A stretch of 64,000 nt of DNA from assembly GCA_963727895.1 (NCBI GenBank), contig CAVSHT010000014.1:1-64000 (forward strand), given 5' to 3'. How positions within the stretch are numbered: the first letter of the stretch is position 1; every line of letters begins with the position of its first letter. Origin of the DNA: an uncultured Methanosarcinaceae archaeon (GTDB lineage Archaea; Halobacteriota; Methanosarcinia; Methanosarcinales; Methanosarcinaceae). Below, piece after piece: positions 21,281 through 32,550 of this stretch. A program made the position numbers and the translations under genes. Under the pieces are notes generated by a model. It was not told where the DNA came from. It searched no databases and was given only the letters and a program-made list of their open reading frames with translations.

Positions 21281-21556
21281 ATGGGATGTGATCCACTAAC
21301 ATTTCGCAATGTTAATTCAAACGTATTTAACAGCATGAAACAAAAGCTTGTAGATTATGGAATTCATGTACCCCCAGGAAATGAAGGTGAAATGGAAGGA
21401 CATGGAGTTAAAGGTCATTTCAAGTGGGATGGAGCAGATAATCTCACTCTTACAATAACAGATAAACCCTTTATAATTCCATGTAATATAATTATAGATA
21501 AGCTTGAAGAATTTGTACATAGTTATAGTGGAGTTAGATTAGTAACAGTGAAATAA
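21281..21556 (+). CDS. Small hypothetical protein
   Basis: AGGAGGAG RBS, 91 aa. Confidence 0.8.
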   Translation: MGCDPLTFRNVNSNVFNSMKQKLVDYGIHVPPGNEGEMEGHGVKGHFKWDGADNLTLTITDKPFIIPCNIIIDKLEEFVHSYSGVRLVTVK

Positions 21557-21649
21557 AAATTATGAAAACAAATTAACTGGCTTAGAAAGAAGACTAAAAA
21601 GTACCAAATTTTTCTATGCTAACAAGAATATAAAAACTATTTGTTTTAT

Positions 21650-21737
21650 GGTTCTGTCAAGTTGATGGGCGTTAGACACCATATAGACTTTACTGTAGCT
21701 GGACAAATTCCTTAACATCTGTCAACTTAACAGAACC
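21650..21737. mobile_element. MITE family A variant
   Basis: GGTTCTGTCAAGTTGA...TCAACTTAACAGAACC. Confidence 0.7.
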
Positions 21738-21768
21738 AAAATTTTTACTAAAAAATAGTTTGGTAATC

Positions 21769-22290
21769 TTAAAGTAATTCAGTGGCTCTTACAAAAAATA
21801 GTCCAAATATTAGGAATCCCGTCAGATATAATACAGTCGTTTCTATTGTTGGTTTTATAGCAGTTTCTTTTTTTACTTTATCATCTTTGGAGCTTGTTTT
21901 ATTTAATGTGTTTTTCAACCAACCTAAGATCAAAATTATTATTACTATAATTCCTATTATTTCAGGAATAAAACTTTGTGAAAATTTAGGTATAAAAGAT
22001 TCTTTGAATAACATCAATAAAAATGAGATTCCGTTGTCAATATTGTCTTTTGGAAAACTCCATCCAAGAAAAGGCCAGAATAAGGTTTTTGGAGTTCCCC
22101 ACATTTGGTTTTCCATTAGGTGAAAAAAAGAACCAGTAGCAAGAGTAATAATTAAGATATTGCTCCTTTTTTCGTATAAACATAGACCTATTATAAAGAG
22201 AGTTAAAAAAAATATGAGTGTATGACTTATCATGCGTCCATTTGAAATGGAAGAAACAAAGACAATCATTCCTAATGGTTTATCTATTAT
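21769..22290 (-). pseudogene. Membrane-bound metal-dependent hydrolase, 5' truncated
   Basis: IDKPLG, GRMISHTL, SFFHL and LFWPFLGW motifs; N-terminus missing. Confidence 0.7.
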
Positions 22291-22983
22291 TGTGGTCTAA
22301 TGACATAATTATAAATAAATGTAATCTGTCAAAATATAAAGCTATTATTACATTCAGTTATCAATTTTAAAGTTTAATTTCATTTATTATCTTAAAGTCT
22401 ACGTTTTTATGGTGTATTTTTTCTTGGGAAACTCTGATTATATACATATTGATTGAAATAAGCATTTTAGAATCTTATTTCACACACTAATTTTGAAGGA
22501 CCCTAAAGTCTTAAGTCTTAAAGGAATAAATGAATATTAAAACCTATAAGAAAAGAAGGTGTTTTAAACTTTTATTTATAAATTATACTAAACTGTGGAA
22601 AAAATTAAGACATAAATACATCAGACATTATTGTTAAAATTTATACTTCAAACCTTCAATGGGTTAAAGCTACTGTTTTTTAGTTCAAACGCGTAAGTTC
22701 TGTTCTAATTGTGGAGTTAAATTTAATTTTAAGATATGCTCTTAAAGAGTTGAAGGTATAAAGCATACTATTTTTCAGTTCAATCGCATAAGTCCTATGA
22801 TATTACGAATTAATTATTCATTCAATCTTATATAAGTGAATGTTATGTTATTATTCATATTAATTGTACAATATGAAAAATTTATGAGATGTTTCTATAA
22901 CAGAAACAGAAAAGGAAAAATTAGGCTTTGCAGAATATCTTGAATTTGATACAGAAAAGGCCCGTAAGGACATCGTAGAGTTT

Positions 22984-23844
22984 ATGAAAACTAATATACT
23001 AAAATTTGGGAAGAACGGTGTGGTGCTTGGCATTTCTGGTGGGCTAGACTCTTCAACAGTTGCGTATCTGTGTGTAGAGGCACTAGGCAAGGATAAGGTT
23101 TATGGCCTTATACTACCCGATCGGGACACTAAACCACAGAACACTGATGACGGTATGAACTTGGCTAAGAGCCTTGGCATACCCCATGAGAAGATCGTTA
23201 TTTCACTATTTTTAAAAGAGCTGGGTGCATACAACGTCATTTCTCAAGAAGAGGCATCAGATAGGGAAGCCTTAGAACAGATGGCTGCGCACAATTCAAT
23301 AATTACTGAAAGGGAATTGCCTTCCACCGAGCACTTTAACCCAACGGCGACCGTCGGTGCATCATCCTTATCTACTAAAGACTTTATGGCTGTGGGGGAA
23401 GCAAAAACACACGTAAGGATGACAGTATTGTATTTCCATGCCACCCTCAAAAATTACTTGCTGGTGGGCACCGACGACAGGTCTGAATTAAGTCTTGGCG
23501 TGTATGACCGGTATGGTGATGGTGCCTGTGACATTTCGATCTTGTCCCATTTATATAAAACACAGATAAAACAGCTAGCAAAACATATTGGGATACCTGA
23601 TCACATAGTAAACAAAACATCTTCCGCTGACCTTTTTGGAATGGGCATGCCTAACGAAAGGTTAATTGGTCTGTCTTATCTAAAGTTGGATGACATCCTT
23701 TGTGGAATCATGAAGAGTGGGCTTAGTAATGAAGATATTGCCAGCATGGCAAGAGTGAAACCATCTATAGTGAAATCTGTAAGGAAAAGACTAAAAGATG
23801 CCGCCTTTGTTGCAAGCTTGCCGATATCATTGCCTATACTCTAA
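22984..23844 (+). CDS. nadE: NH3-dependent NAD+ synthetase-like protein (divergent)
   Basis: GISGGLDS, YGDG, LYKTQI, SADL; frame extends upstream to a TGA at 22885 that follows ATG 22873. Confidence 0.85.
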   Translation: MKTNILKFGKNGVVLGISGGLDSSTVAYLCVEALGKDKVYGLILPDRDTKPQNTDDGMNLAKSLGIPHEKIVISLFLKELGAYNVISQEEASDREALEQMAAHNSIITERELPSTEHFNPTATVGASSLSTKDFMAVGEAKTHVRMTVLYFHATLKNYLLVGTDDRSELSLGVYDRYGDGACDISILSHLYKTQIKQLAKHIGIPDHIVNKTSSADLFGMGMPNERLIGLSYLKLDDILCGIMKSGLSNEDIASMARVKPSIVKSVRKRLKDAAFVASLPISLPIL

Positions 23845-23882
23845 AACTGGTAGAACATTCGTCATAAAAATGATAGGATTTT

Positions 23883-24018
23883 AGGCTATGTAGAAATCCT
23901 CAATATTCAGGCAAACTGTTAAAAATCAGAGCAAATAATAATTCAAAAAGTATCCTTGTTGGATAGATTGCCGGTTTCAACATACTGATGGTTGATTTGA
24001 TAGTTTTTCTACAGAGCC
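23883..24018. mobile_element. MITE
   Basis: GGCTATGTAGAAA...TTTCTACAGAGCC terminal repeats. Confidence 0.6.
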
Positions 24019-25397
24019 CAATTATTTGGAATTATTCTGTAATACTGATACATTTTCCATAAATATTTTGATTTTTACTCATTACTTATAAATTTACGTG
24101 CTTATTCTGAGATTTTTTTCAGGAAACCAAAACGGCAACATAATTGTCAAAATATTGATATCAAGCTTGAGTTTAATCTTTAATTAGTGATTGCCCTAAA
24201 AGCCAACAGGAAAATGAGTTATGAGAGGTACCCGCACATATGGGAAAGACAGTTACTATTTAAAAGACAATTTAGTGTATTAATATTGGGAATTTTTAAC
24301 ACTTTTACGTGCGTGAACCTCAAAAATATAATATGATCTATAAATCATATATATCTGTTGAATGTGTGATATAAAATTAAAATATATTCATAGTTACTTT
24401 AAGATAACTAATGGTACATCTGGATACAATAAAAAGAGTTAGTTATAAGAAATACGGTTCCATTGCAAAAATTAGATAGCAAAAGTAAAACTCTGTCATA
24501 TAGCAAATATCTAGAACTTTAATTTTACAGGATAGTTTAATACGAACCTTTTTGACAAACAACGTTTGTATTTTAAGAGAAAATCTCTCATTTTTCTATC
24601 AAGATTCAGAATATTCTTCACTAAGTACGAACCTTTTAATATTTTGTTCATGGGTTCTGTCAAGTCTACGAGGATAGGAGTTTTTCCTAGCAACTGTTAA
24701 AATGATACCTATATTCACTCAATATAGATATCTCATTTTTCAAGCATTGAATTTCACTGATATAACATTAATCAACTCACAATATCTTGACTAACTTGAA
24801 TAATAATAGATATGATACATTATTTTTATATATTTGTTGATACAAATTCAGGATATTTAATCATGTTTCGTACAGTTCAGAATGTTCATCAAAAATAAAT
24901 ACTATTTTTAAGCATTTCGATCCAACAATTAAGCTCTTAACAAGCTCCGTTTTAGTTGCGTTTTCTGGAGCATCTAGGGTTTACGTTACTGCCCTCTTGC
25001 TTCAAACAAGCCCTGATCTATTAACCTGCCTCGCAGGAGGTCTAATAATTTACAGCGTGTATACACTCGATAGGTCCCTTGATTCCAAAGAGGATATGAT
25101 AAACAGAAAGGAGTTAAACGGCTCAAGAAGAGATATAGGACTCGCAGTCACATTAATTACATTTCTCATAGGAAGTTATGTTTTTGCAAAAAGAGGAATA
25201 CTGGCACTTGCGTTCTTGCCTTTCATAACCGGCTATCTTTACAGCAAAGGTGTAAAAATTGGAAAGTTTGCTTTGAGACTTAAAGGAGGGCTTGGAGTTA
25301 AAAACATTGTTGTAGGCCTGACATGGGGTTTGTCTATTGCGGGAGCTGCATGTATTAACTATGGAAAAATAGTCCCTTTAATCATAGTATTTATTTT

Positions 25398-26137
25398 GGT
25401 ATTGTTAACTAAACATAGTTAACTCTTTATTTCTGTATCTCATCAATAGAATAACCGAGTACTTTAGCATTTCAAGACTCTTCGTATAACACTTTGTTTT
25501 TCTTCTCAACCTTGCCAGAAAGTGCCTCAATATGCCGTTATATCCTTCAACAGTATACGTTTCTGCTTTGGATTGAGTATGGATCTTTTCTGGAAGAAAC
25601 TCTGCATATGCTCTCCAGTGATCTGTCATTACTTCTCCAATCTCTTTTTTCTTCAATTTTTCCCATAGTAGTTTTCCAGTTTATGTTCCTCTGCTACCAA
25701 AAGAGCAGTTGATGAACTTTTTCCCAACTCTATCAACAGCAATCCAGATCCAGCAATATTTTTTTTGTTACCGATGTAAGTGTGCATCTCATCCATTTCA
25801 ACAATAGATATCTCACTTTCACTTTTTAGGTTCTCTAACTCCTGACCAAATTTCTTGATCCATCTTTGGACAGAAACATGACTCACCCCTAAAAATCGTC
25901 CTATTGAACGAAAGCCTAATCCTTCAAGGTAAAGTTGTAATGCCTGTCTTTTTACAGAGGCGGAAAAAGCAGTTGATTTTAGCTCTACTGTATAGTTATA
26001 GCCACAATCAGAGCATTTGTACCGTTGACGCCCGCCAACTATACCATTCTTTTTGTGACTGTAACTATTACATTTTGGGCAGTTCATGAAGAAATATACT
26101 TTCTAATAATATATAACTATGTTTAAGTATCAATGCC
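25398..26137 (-). mobile_element. IS1-family element, apparently complete, 8-bp target duplication TTTATTTT
   Basis: Terminal repeats GGTATTG/CAATGCC; InsA-like CPKC zinc finger plus HTH; A-run slippage site. Confidence 0.93.
25405..26087 (-). CDS. IS1 transposase (programmed -1 frameshift)
   Basis: ORFs 25653-26087 and 25405-25656 linked at GGTAACAAAAAAAAT. Confidence 0.85.
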
Positions 26138-27496
26138 TTTATTTTATATGGAATGAAAACTTTCATAAACTCCGTACTTGACGATTTTAAGGATATAAGG
26201 GGAGATACACAAGCAGGCATAAAAACTCTTCCTATCTGTTTTGGAGAACTTAAAACTCATAGGTTCCTTTTAGGAATGCACCTGCTTTCTCACTTGATAA
26301 TGATTATTGCTCTATTTACAGGATTGATCGCTTTTGAACCCTTAATTATTATTTGCAGTTTTATTTGTGGGATGATATGCATCCAGATTTATACAAAAAG
26401 CGATAATAATTTGATATGGAAGGCGTTTTTTAAAGACGGAGAGGCTGCGATTTCGATTATATTAAGAGAGGTTGCGAACATGATTCTGGTGTGACTGCCT
26501 CATTCATATGCAGTATATTTCTTACCTCAATAGCGTTTCTTTATAATATTCAGAAAGATCTTTCATCCGCTTTATAGCAGCTGGATCTGACCCCATCAAA
26601 TCTTCTCTAGGAGTCGTATGTTCCATTCTTGAAATTAAGCGATAAAGAAATGCCTTGGTCTGTAGATATAAATGCTGCTTTTAGTGATTTCGTCACAAAT
26701 ATTGGTTCCGTTGCAAAAAAATTATTAGAGGAGTTCACTGAAACAAATAGAAATTTAGGAGTATGTGTTATGCCAGTAAATTCCTTTAAATAGAAGTATT
26801 ATAACTGACGGTAGAATAGAGAATTTTAAGATAATTGAAATCTGAATCATGTACGTATCTGACAAATGTGGATGATTACATAATACAGTTATCGAAGGCA
26901 AAATACAGCCCTTCGAAATATCAAGCCTATAACTAACGTTTTTTCAAAGCCGTTACATAGTATTTGGAATGGAGATTAACAAAAACACATAGGCAACGTC
27001 AAGCGATGCGGGTAAATTGATACGAGTGAACAAAATTGCCTGAAAATCTTAGTTTAATTTGTCATTTTAGAAGGCTTGCCTAAATTTTATATTTCTATTG
27101 GAAATATAGATACAAATCATAATGATATATAAACAAGTGTTACAAATTAGTTTAAATTTCATACTAATTGTATTTAGAGTCTGAATTAATATTCCAATGG
27201 GAATCTATGTCATTTTGCCCTGTTTTTTCAAGGACGTTTTCCTGTGGAACTTGTGCAAACTTCAGAGAGGAATATGAAAATGAATATCTCTCTTATTTCT
27301 AAATTCTCCCTTTTCCGAAAGTGTATTAAGTTGTGCTCCTTACTATAGCAAAGAAGAGATGAAAAGATCGTGATAAAAAGGAAGAGAAATAAAAGCAACC
27401 TCATACATAATGGAGCAACGTTTACCGTAGCGTGTAAAAGTGGAGGAATGTGTATTAAGAACCCTAGAACAATGGCGGATGTAAAGTGTATAGGCT

Positions 27497-27970
27497 GTGA
27501 GAAAAACATCAATTTCGGGGAGTAAAATGACTGAAAAGAAGAGAAGGCAAGGACAGATAAAGCCGGGTGGTAAACAGGCAGTTCCTAAGCCTGTCTGCCC
27601 GAAATGTGGTGAAATCATGGTACGTGTGTACATAAGAGGAAATATAGAAAGTAACCGGGCTTATATTGGATCTGGCTGGATGTGTCCCTCTTCTACATGT
27701 GAGTACATTATAAAGGACTTTGTAGAGCTGGAAGGAATGGAGGAAGAAAGTAATATAACGGGAAATGTAAAAGGCTTTGCCGAAGCTTGCTGCGATCAGA
27801 ACAGCTTAAAAGAGCTTAAAAACGCTCTTGCGGGAAAAGAAGACGAAACCGATATGAAAACGTGGAGCTTAACTGAAGATCAATGGTGCAAAGCGATAGA
27901 AGTTGCTATAATTGCAATGGAACACAATCTCAGCATAGATGAAGCAATCAAGTGTATTTCTTTTTCTTAA
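27497..27970 (+). CDS. C4 zinc-ribbon protein
   Basis: CPKC...GWMCPSSTC, paralogous to 13366..13749; likely start at 27527. Confidence 0.75.
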   Translation: MRKTSISGSKMTEKKRRQGQIKPGGKQAVPKPVCPKCGEIMVRVYIRGNIESNRAYIGSGWMCPSSTCEYIIKDFVELEGMEEESNITGNVKGFAEACCDQNSLKELKNALAGKEDETDMKTWSLTEDQWCKAIEVAIIAMEHNLSIDEAIKCISFS

Positions 27971-28022
27971 TCTAATTTCCGTTTTTCTTTCCTTTTGTCC
28001 TATCTATCAGCTGTCATTTTCT

Positions 28023-29394
28023 GGCAGTGTAGCGAGTTTTCTGTAAAATTGAATTGACTCTGTATCCTTATTCTTCAACACTCACGCAAAAGGATGCAGA
28101 GCCAATGATAAATTTATTCTCACTCATAAAAGATTATCTTGTTAATAAAGAAGATGGAATTCGCCAGCTAATAACGTGGTTTTTAAATGTTGTAATGGAA
28201 GAAGAAGCCCTTCTTCAAGCTGGTGCACAGTGTTATGAACGGACTGATTTACGTAAAGCTAGCTGTCAAGAATATTTAGTTATTGGTCATCTAAAGCTCA
28301 GAATCATTGTGCTCTGACAAGAAGCTACTAAATATTATGCTCAATAATTAAATTGCCATGACACTAGTAGAAACGACTACAAACCCCGAACTCTTTTGAC
28401 TAAGTATGGAGAACTCGAATTATTAAAGCCTCAATTCCGTGAATTTCCCTTTGAAACTCAGGTATTTGATAAGTATTCAAGAGTTGAGAGGGCTATACTA
28501 ACCGCTGTAAGTGAATCTTATCTACAAGGTGTTTCTACCCGAAGGATGAAAAAATTATGAATGCTTTAGGCGTGGGGGAAATTTCAGCTTTTTCAGTTTC
28601 CAGGATTACCAAAGAACTAGATGAGAAAGTGGAAGAATTCCTCTCAAAGCCAATAGAACACAAAATTCCTTATTTACTTATTGATGCTACTTACTTCAAG
28701 GTCAGAGATGGCCTTCATTACGAAAACAAAGCTCTTTTTGTAGCTGCAGGGATAAGGGATGACGGTTACCGTGAAATACTTGGGGTAAAACTAGCAGACA
28801 GTGAAGACTCTTTGTTCTGGGAAGATCTTTTCGATGATCTCGAAGAAAGAGGATTAAGAGGAGTCAAGTTAATTGTTTCTGATGGCCATAACGGAATACA
28901 AAAAGCAGTAAGGGAATCCTTCATTGGATCAAGCTGGCAGATGTGTCATGTGCATCTGATGAGGCAAGCTCTGAAAAAGGTGCCAAAAAAGAAACAGAAA
29001 GAAGTGGCTGAAAAGATAAAAGAAGCGTTGGTAGACCGTCAGAAGTACACTAACTTGATTAGTGAACTGGATCATATGGGATATAAAGGTGCAGCTGATA
29101 CCCTTGAAAATTTCTAGTATGATGTTATGAACTATATGCAGTTTCCAGAAAAGCATTGGAAAAAAATAAGGACAACAAACATGATGGAGAGAACCAACAA
29201 GGAACTAAAAAGAAGAAGCAGAGTTGTTGGTGCATTTCCAAATCAGGAATCAGTATTAAGACTCTCAGTCTCAATTCTAATCGATATAAATGAAGATTGG
29301 ATCACAGGAAATAAGTATATAGTAATCGAACAGTAATCAGAAAAGAAGACTAAGGAAGAGAGAGCAAATTTTACAGAAATTTCGTTACACTACC
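28023..29394 (+). mobile_element. IS256-family element, inactivated
   Basis: Terminal repeats GGCAGTGTAGCGAGTTTTCTGTAAAATT/AATTTTACAGAAATTTCGTTACACTACC; IDATY, SDGH, WQMCHVH, RTTNMMER motifs; MITE insertion and TAG at 29115. Confidence 0.92.
28264..28363. mobile_element. 100-bp MITE family C inserted at CTAG in the IS256 transposase
   Basis: TGTCA...TGACA; copies at 43057 and 48711. Confidence 0.88.
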
Positions 29395-29432
29395 AATAAT
29401 TATTTCAAGATAATGAATTTACTCGATTTTTC

Positions 29433-29900
29433 TTACTGCCCCAAAAAATAATTTTGAGTAACTTTTTGCATTTGTTTGGCTGAACCTACTGTGATTTCCA
29501 ACTCTTGGGCTATCAGTTTTGGAAACATATCTCGATGCGCGTATTCGTCCCGAAAGAGCATTGCTGTTTGTATATCATTGTTTGAAAAGTTACAAAGTCG
29601 CAGACTAGGTTCTGGGACACCCTGTAACAAGAGCTCATATACTTTAACAACTTTAGAAATACGTTTGGGTGTTCCATTATATAAATTTTCCATAAATTTT
29701 ATTTGTGGAATGGTTATTTTTCTTGTCGTTACAGTATTTTGATGTGATTGTCCAGTCACTATTTCTTCATGTATAGTGTGCATAAGCGCTATTGTGTTAA
29801 CGTCACATCCCCGAACTTTTAATGCATCATCTGACACATTGTTTAGAAACCATTTATAAGTTTTGTAGAGTGTTTGAGATTTCAGCATTAGTTTTTCCAT
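29433..29900 (-). CDS. Hypothetical protein
   Basis: 155-aa ORF. Confidence 0.6.
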   Translation of the reverse strand: MEKLMLKSQTLYKTYKWFLNNVSDDALKVRGCDVNTIALMHTIHEEIVTGQSHQNTVTTRKITIPQIKFMENLYNGTPKRISKVVKVYELLLQGVPEPSLRLCNFSNNDIQTAMLFRDEYAHRDMFPKLIAQELEITVGSAKQMQKVTQNYFLGQ

Positions 29901-30316
29901 CCGTTTATATTAATTTAAAATTATATAATTATATCTTTTTTATAATAATTCAGCGCCTGTTTTTAGATAGAGTAACAACACAAATTATTACGCAAAGAAT
30001 CCACACTAAATATGCTAAAAGAGATATAGGAAATATAACCTAGTGTCTTGGTGTACTCTTACTTATGCAAAAAATTAAAGTAACTAATCAGTAAAATCTT
30101 TTATAAGTAACTTTGAAAACAGATAGCTTCGTGATGGTTATCAAGAGGCACGTTTTTCTGTTTGCTATACGAGAAAAAAAGTTTTTTTGCATTTGATAAT
30201 CAGGTAATCGGTTATAACTTCCATATTCCTATATGATGCAGAATAATGGAGTTTAGAAAAGTATCATTAGAACATACGCAAAAAAATAAACATCTTGTTT
30301 AAGGTATAACATGTGA

Positions 30317-30697
30317 CTATTTATTACCAAGACAAAAAAAGAAAACACGCTGATCTTTATTCAGTACTCCAGATATTACAGCCCACAGCACGTACACGAA
30401 AAATAAAACTATAGAACTCAAGAATCTCCCAGATACGAGCATGTTTATTACAGAAAATCCAAACACCTCAATAAAAGCCAACTGCCACGTTGAATAGCAA
30501 AGATAATAAGTAACAAGGGATGGCAGTATCAATAAAAAACATATTCCAATATTTTTTATAGTAGATAAGGGCAAAAGATGACTATGAAAAATTTTACTTG
30601 AAAAATACGGAATTAAAATTAAAGCTAAGAAGAAATAAATTATGAATAAAAAACCAGTGAGTAGCGCCTTAGTTATTCGACTAAATGAATCCAGCAT
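30317..30697 (-). CDS. Hypothetical membrane protein
   Basis: GGAG RBS before MLDSFSR; hydrophobic. Confidence 0.55.
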   Translation of the reverse strand: MLDSFSRITKALLTGFLFIIYFFLALILIPYFSSKIFHSHLLPLSTIKNIGICFLLILPSLVTYYLCYSTWQLAFIEVFGFSVINMLVSGRFLSSIVLFFVYVLWAVISGVLNKDQRVFFFCLGNK

Positions 30698-30772
30698 TTG
30701 TGTCTCCTTTGCATAGATAATGTAATAATTATAAGAAAGTAAATAATTAAGATAATACATAACTGTTTTGTT

Positions 30773-31627
30773 GGTTCTGTTGCAAAAAATATCTGTTAAG
30801 GATATAATCAAATAAAAGGGAAGTAAAGGATAATGACATGCTATCTAATCCCTTTAAATGGAAGCATTTTGTGGGTGAAATTATTTTATTGAATGTTAGA
30901 TGGTACTTAAAATATCCATTAAGTTATCGAAATTTAAAGGAAATGATGGCAGAAAGAGGGATAATAGTCAACCATACAACCATTATGAGATGGATACATC
31001 AATATTCACCTGAAATTGAAAAGAAGGTCCGAAGGCATTTAAGACCAACTAATAACTTTTGGAGAGTTGATGAAACTTACATCAGAGTTAAAGGTAAATG
31101 GAAATATTTTTACCGAGCAGTTGACTCAAATGGAGATACAATTGATTTCATGTTAAGTGCAAAACGAGACCAAAAAGCAGCGAACAGATTCTTCAAAAAA
31201 GCTTTGAACTCTAATCATAATCAAATTCCAAGAGTAATCACAGTTGATAAAAATCCAGCTTATCCACCTGCTATAGATAAACTAAAAAATGACAAAATAC
31301 TACCTATAAACGTAGGCATTAGACAAATCAAGTATTTGAATAACATTATAGAACAAGATCATAGATCCATTAAACGAATAGTTAATCCAATGTTAGGATT
31401 TCAGTCTTTTAACACAGCTATTAAGACTTTAAAAGGAATTGAAGCGATGAATATGATTAAAAAAGAACAAGTCAAGAATCTAAATTACTCTAGTCTTAAT
31501 GAAGTTAAATATGTTAATCAATTATTTGGAATAGTTATATAAATTAATTAATCTTTGTGAATATTTTAACCTTTGTTCATTATCCATAGATTTACATGCT
31601 TATTCTGAGATTTTTTGCAACGGAACC
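30773..31627 (+). mobile_element. IS6-family element
   Basis: GGTTCTGTTGCAAAAAA/TTTTTTGCAACGGAACC terminal repeats; no target duplication seen. Confidence 0.95.
30838..31542 (+). CDS. IS6 transposase
   Basis: WRVDETYI, YRAVD, TVDKNPAY, NNIIEQDHR. Confidence 0.95.
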   Translation: MLSNPFKWKHFVGEIILLNVRWYLKYPLSYRNLKEMMAERGIIVNHTTIMRWIHQYSPEIEKKVRRHLRPTNNFWRVDETYIRVKGKWKYFYRAVDSNGDTIDFMLSAKRDQKAANRFFKKALNSNHNQIPRVITVDKNPAYPPAIDKLKNDKILPINVGIRQIKYLNNIIEQDHRSIKRIVNPMLGFQSFNTAIKTLKGIEAMNMIKKEQVKNLNYSSLNEVKYVNQLFGIVI

Positions 31628-31702
31628 TCATGAGGTAGGATTAGCAAATTTTATAAAAATCCAGATTACTAAAGAAGAAAAAGAATAAGAGAAACAAAAT
31701 TA

Positions 31703-31977
31703 GGTTGTGTTGCAAAAATTTTCTTCTCACGCTTCAAGGCTATAATTGTACCTTTATTGTACTATTTTTCCATGTTATAAGATTGATTAACTTTTCGAAT
31801 TTGGAAAGTTTCCATTAGTACCCACAGCGAAATAACTTGGGCAAATTTTGATACTGTACTTAATTAGTTTCATAAGCATCTACATCGATTTTGTTCCAAA
31901 ATAATTATGTATTACCTAAGTTATTTCGTAGCGACTCCTTAGTTTTGTAAAATAACCAGATTTTTTGCAACCGAACC
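31703..31977. mobile_element. Non-autonomous element with IS6-type ends
   Basis: GGTTGTGTTGCAAAAA...TTTTTGCAACCGAACC; relatives near 16237 and 44763; right end also at 22-39. Confidence 0.65.
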
Positions 31978-31989
31978 TGAGATAATCTA

Positions 31990-32550
31990 TTAGATAGACT
32001 CAATAGCTTTCTTAACCATTGAGCGATAGTAATCCATATTAGTAGAATAATGTTCCTTTGCCAGTTTTGAGTTAGGATCTTTATCGGCTTCAATTTCTTT
32101 AATTCTTTCAAGAGTTTGCTTTGCAGTGTCCAATATCCAAAGGTCTCGAGTTGCTTCGTTCACCTTCTCAATGGATTCAGGACGAATCGAGGTCAGGATA
32201 TTTCCATCATCTGTTGTGTAGGTGCTGGTCTTACCTACAACTGCTACAAAAACTGGCATTTCGCAGTTGGAAAGGAACTGAGCTGCTTCTGGATGATACT
32301 GTCCGGCATAGATTGTGAAAGAACCTGTAGGATCTGAAACCCTTCCTTTCCAGTATTCAGAATCGGTGCCGATATCTTCCTTTTCTATAAGTGTGCCTAC
32401 AAGAAAGATGCGATTTACTTTAGTGCCTGTAGGGGTCAGGATATACTGTGGGGCATACTGATCACTTTCATCCTTTGAGACTAAATTCGAATCTTTAAGC
32501 TCCTGGGCAAAGACCCTGCGAGCAACTTCCCTGTAAAAGTTTACTGCCAT
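31990..32550 (-). CDS. RPA-associated OB-fold protein
   Basis: REVARRVFAQE...TPTGTKVNRIFLVGTL...DPTG; abuts rpa. Confidence 0.88.
   Translation of the reverse strand: MAVNFYREVARRVFAQELKDSNLVSKDESDQYAPQYILTPTGTKVNRIFLVGTLIEKEDIGTDSEYWKGRVSDPTGSFTIYAGQYHPEAAQFLSNCEMPVFVAVVGKTSTYTTDDGNILTSIRPESIEKVNEATRDLWILDTAKQTLERIKEIEADKDPNSKLAKEHYSTNMDYYRSMVKKAIESI

Larger units (their letters stand above)
24863..26494 (+). pseudogene. UbiA-family prenyltransferase interrupted by IS1
   Basis: YTLDR...ED and DFKDIRGD...GIKTLP motifs; removing the IS restores IIVFILYGMKTFIN. Confidence 0.85.

Noticed and set aside
29115..29117. In-frame TAG as a pyrrolysine codon in the IS256 transposase
   Set aside because: More simply a nonsense mutation in a gene already disrupted by a MITE; no supporting evidence for recoding.
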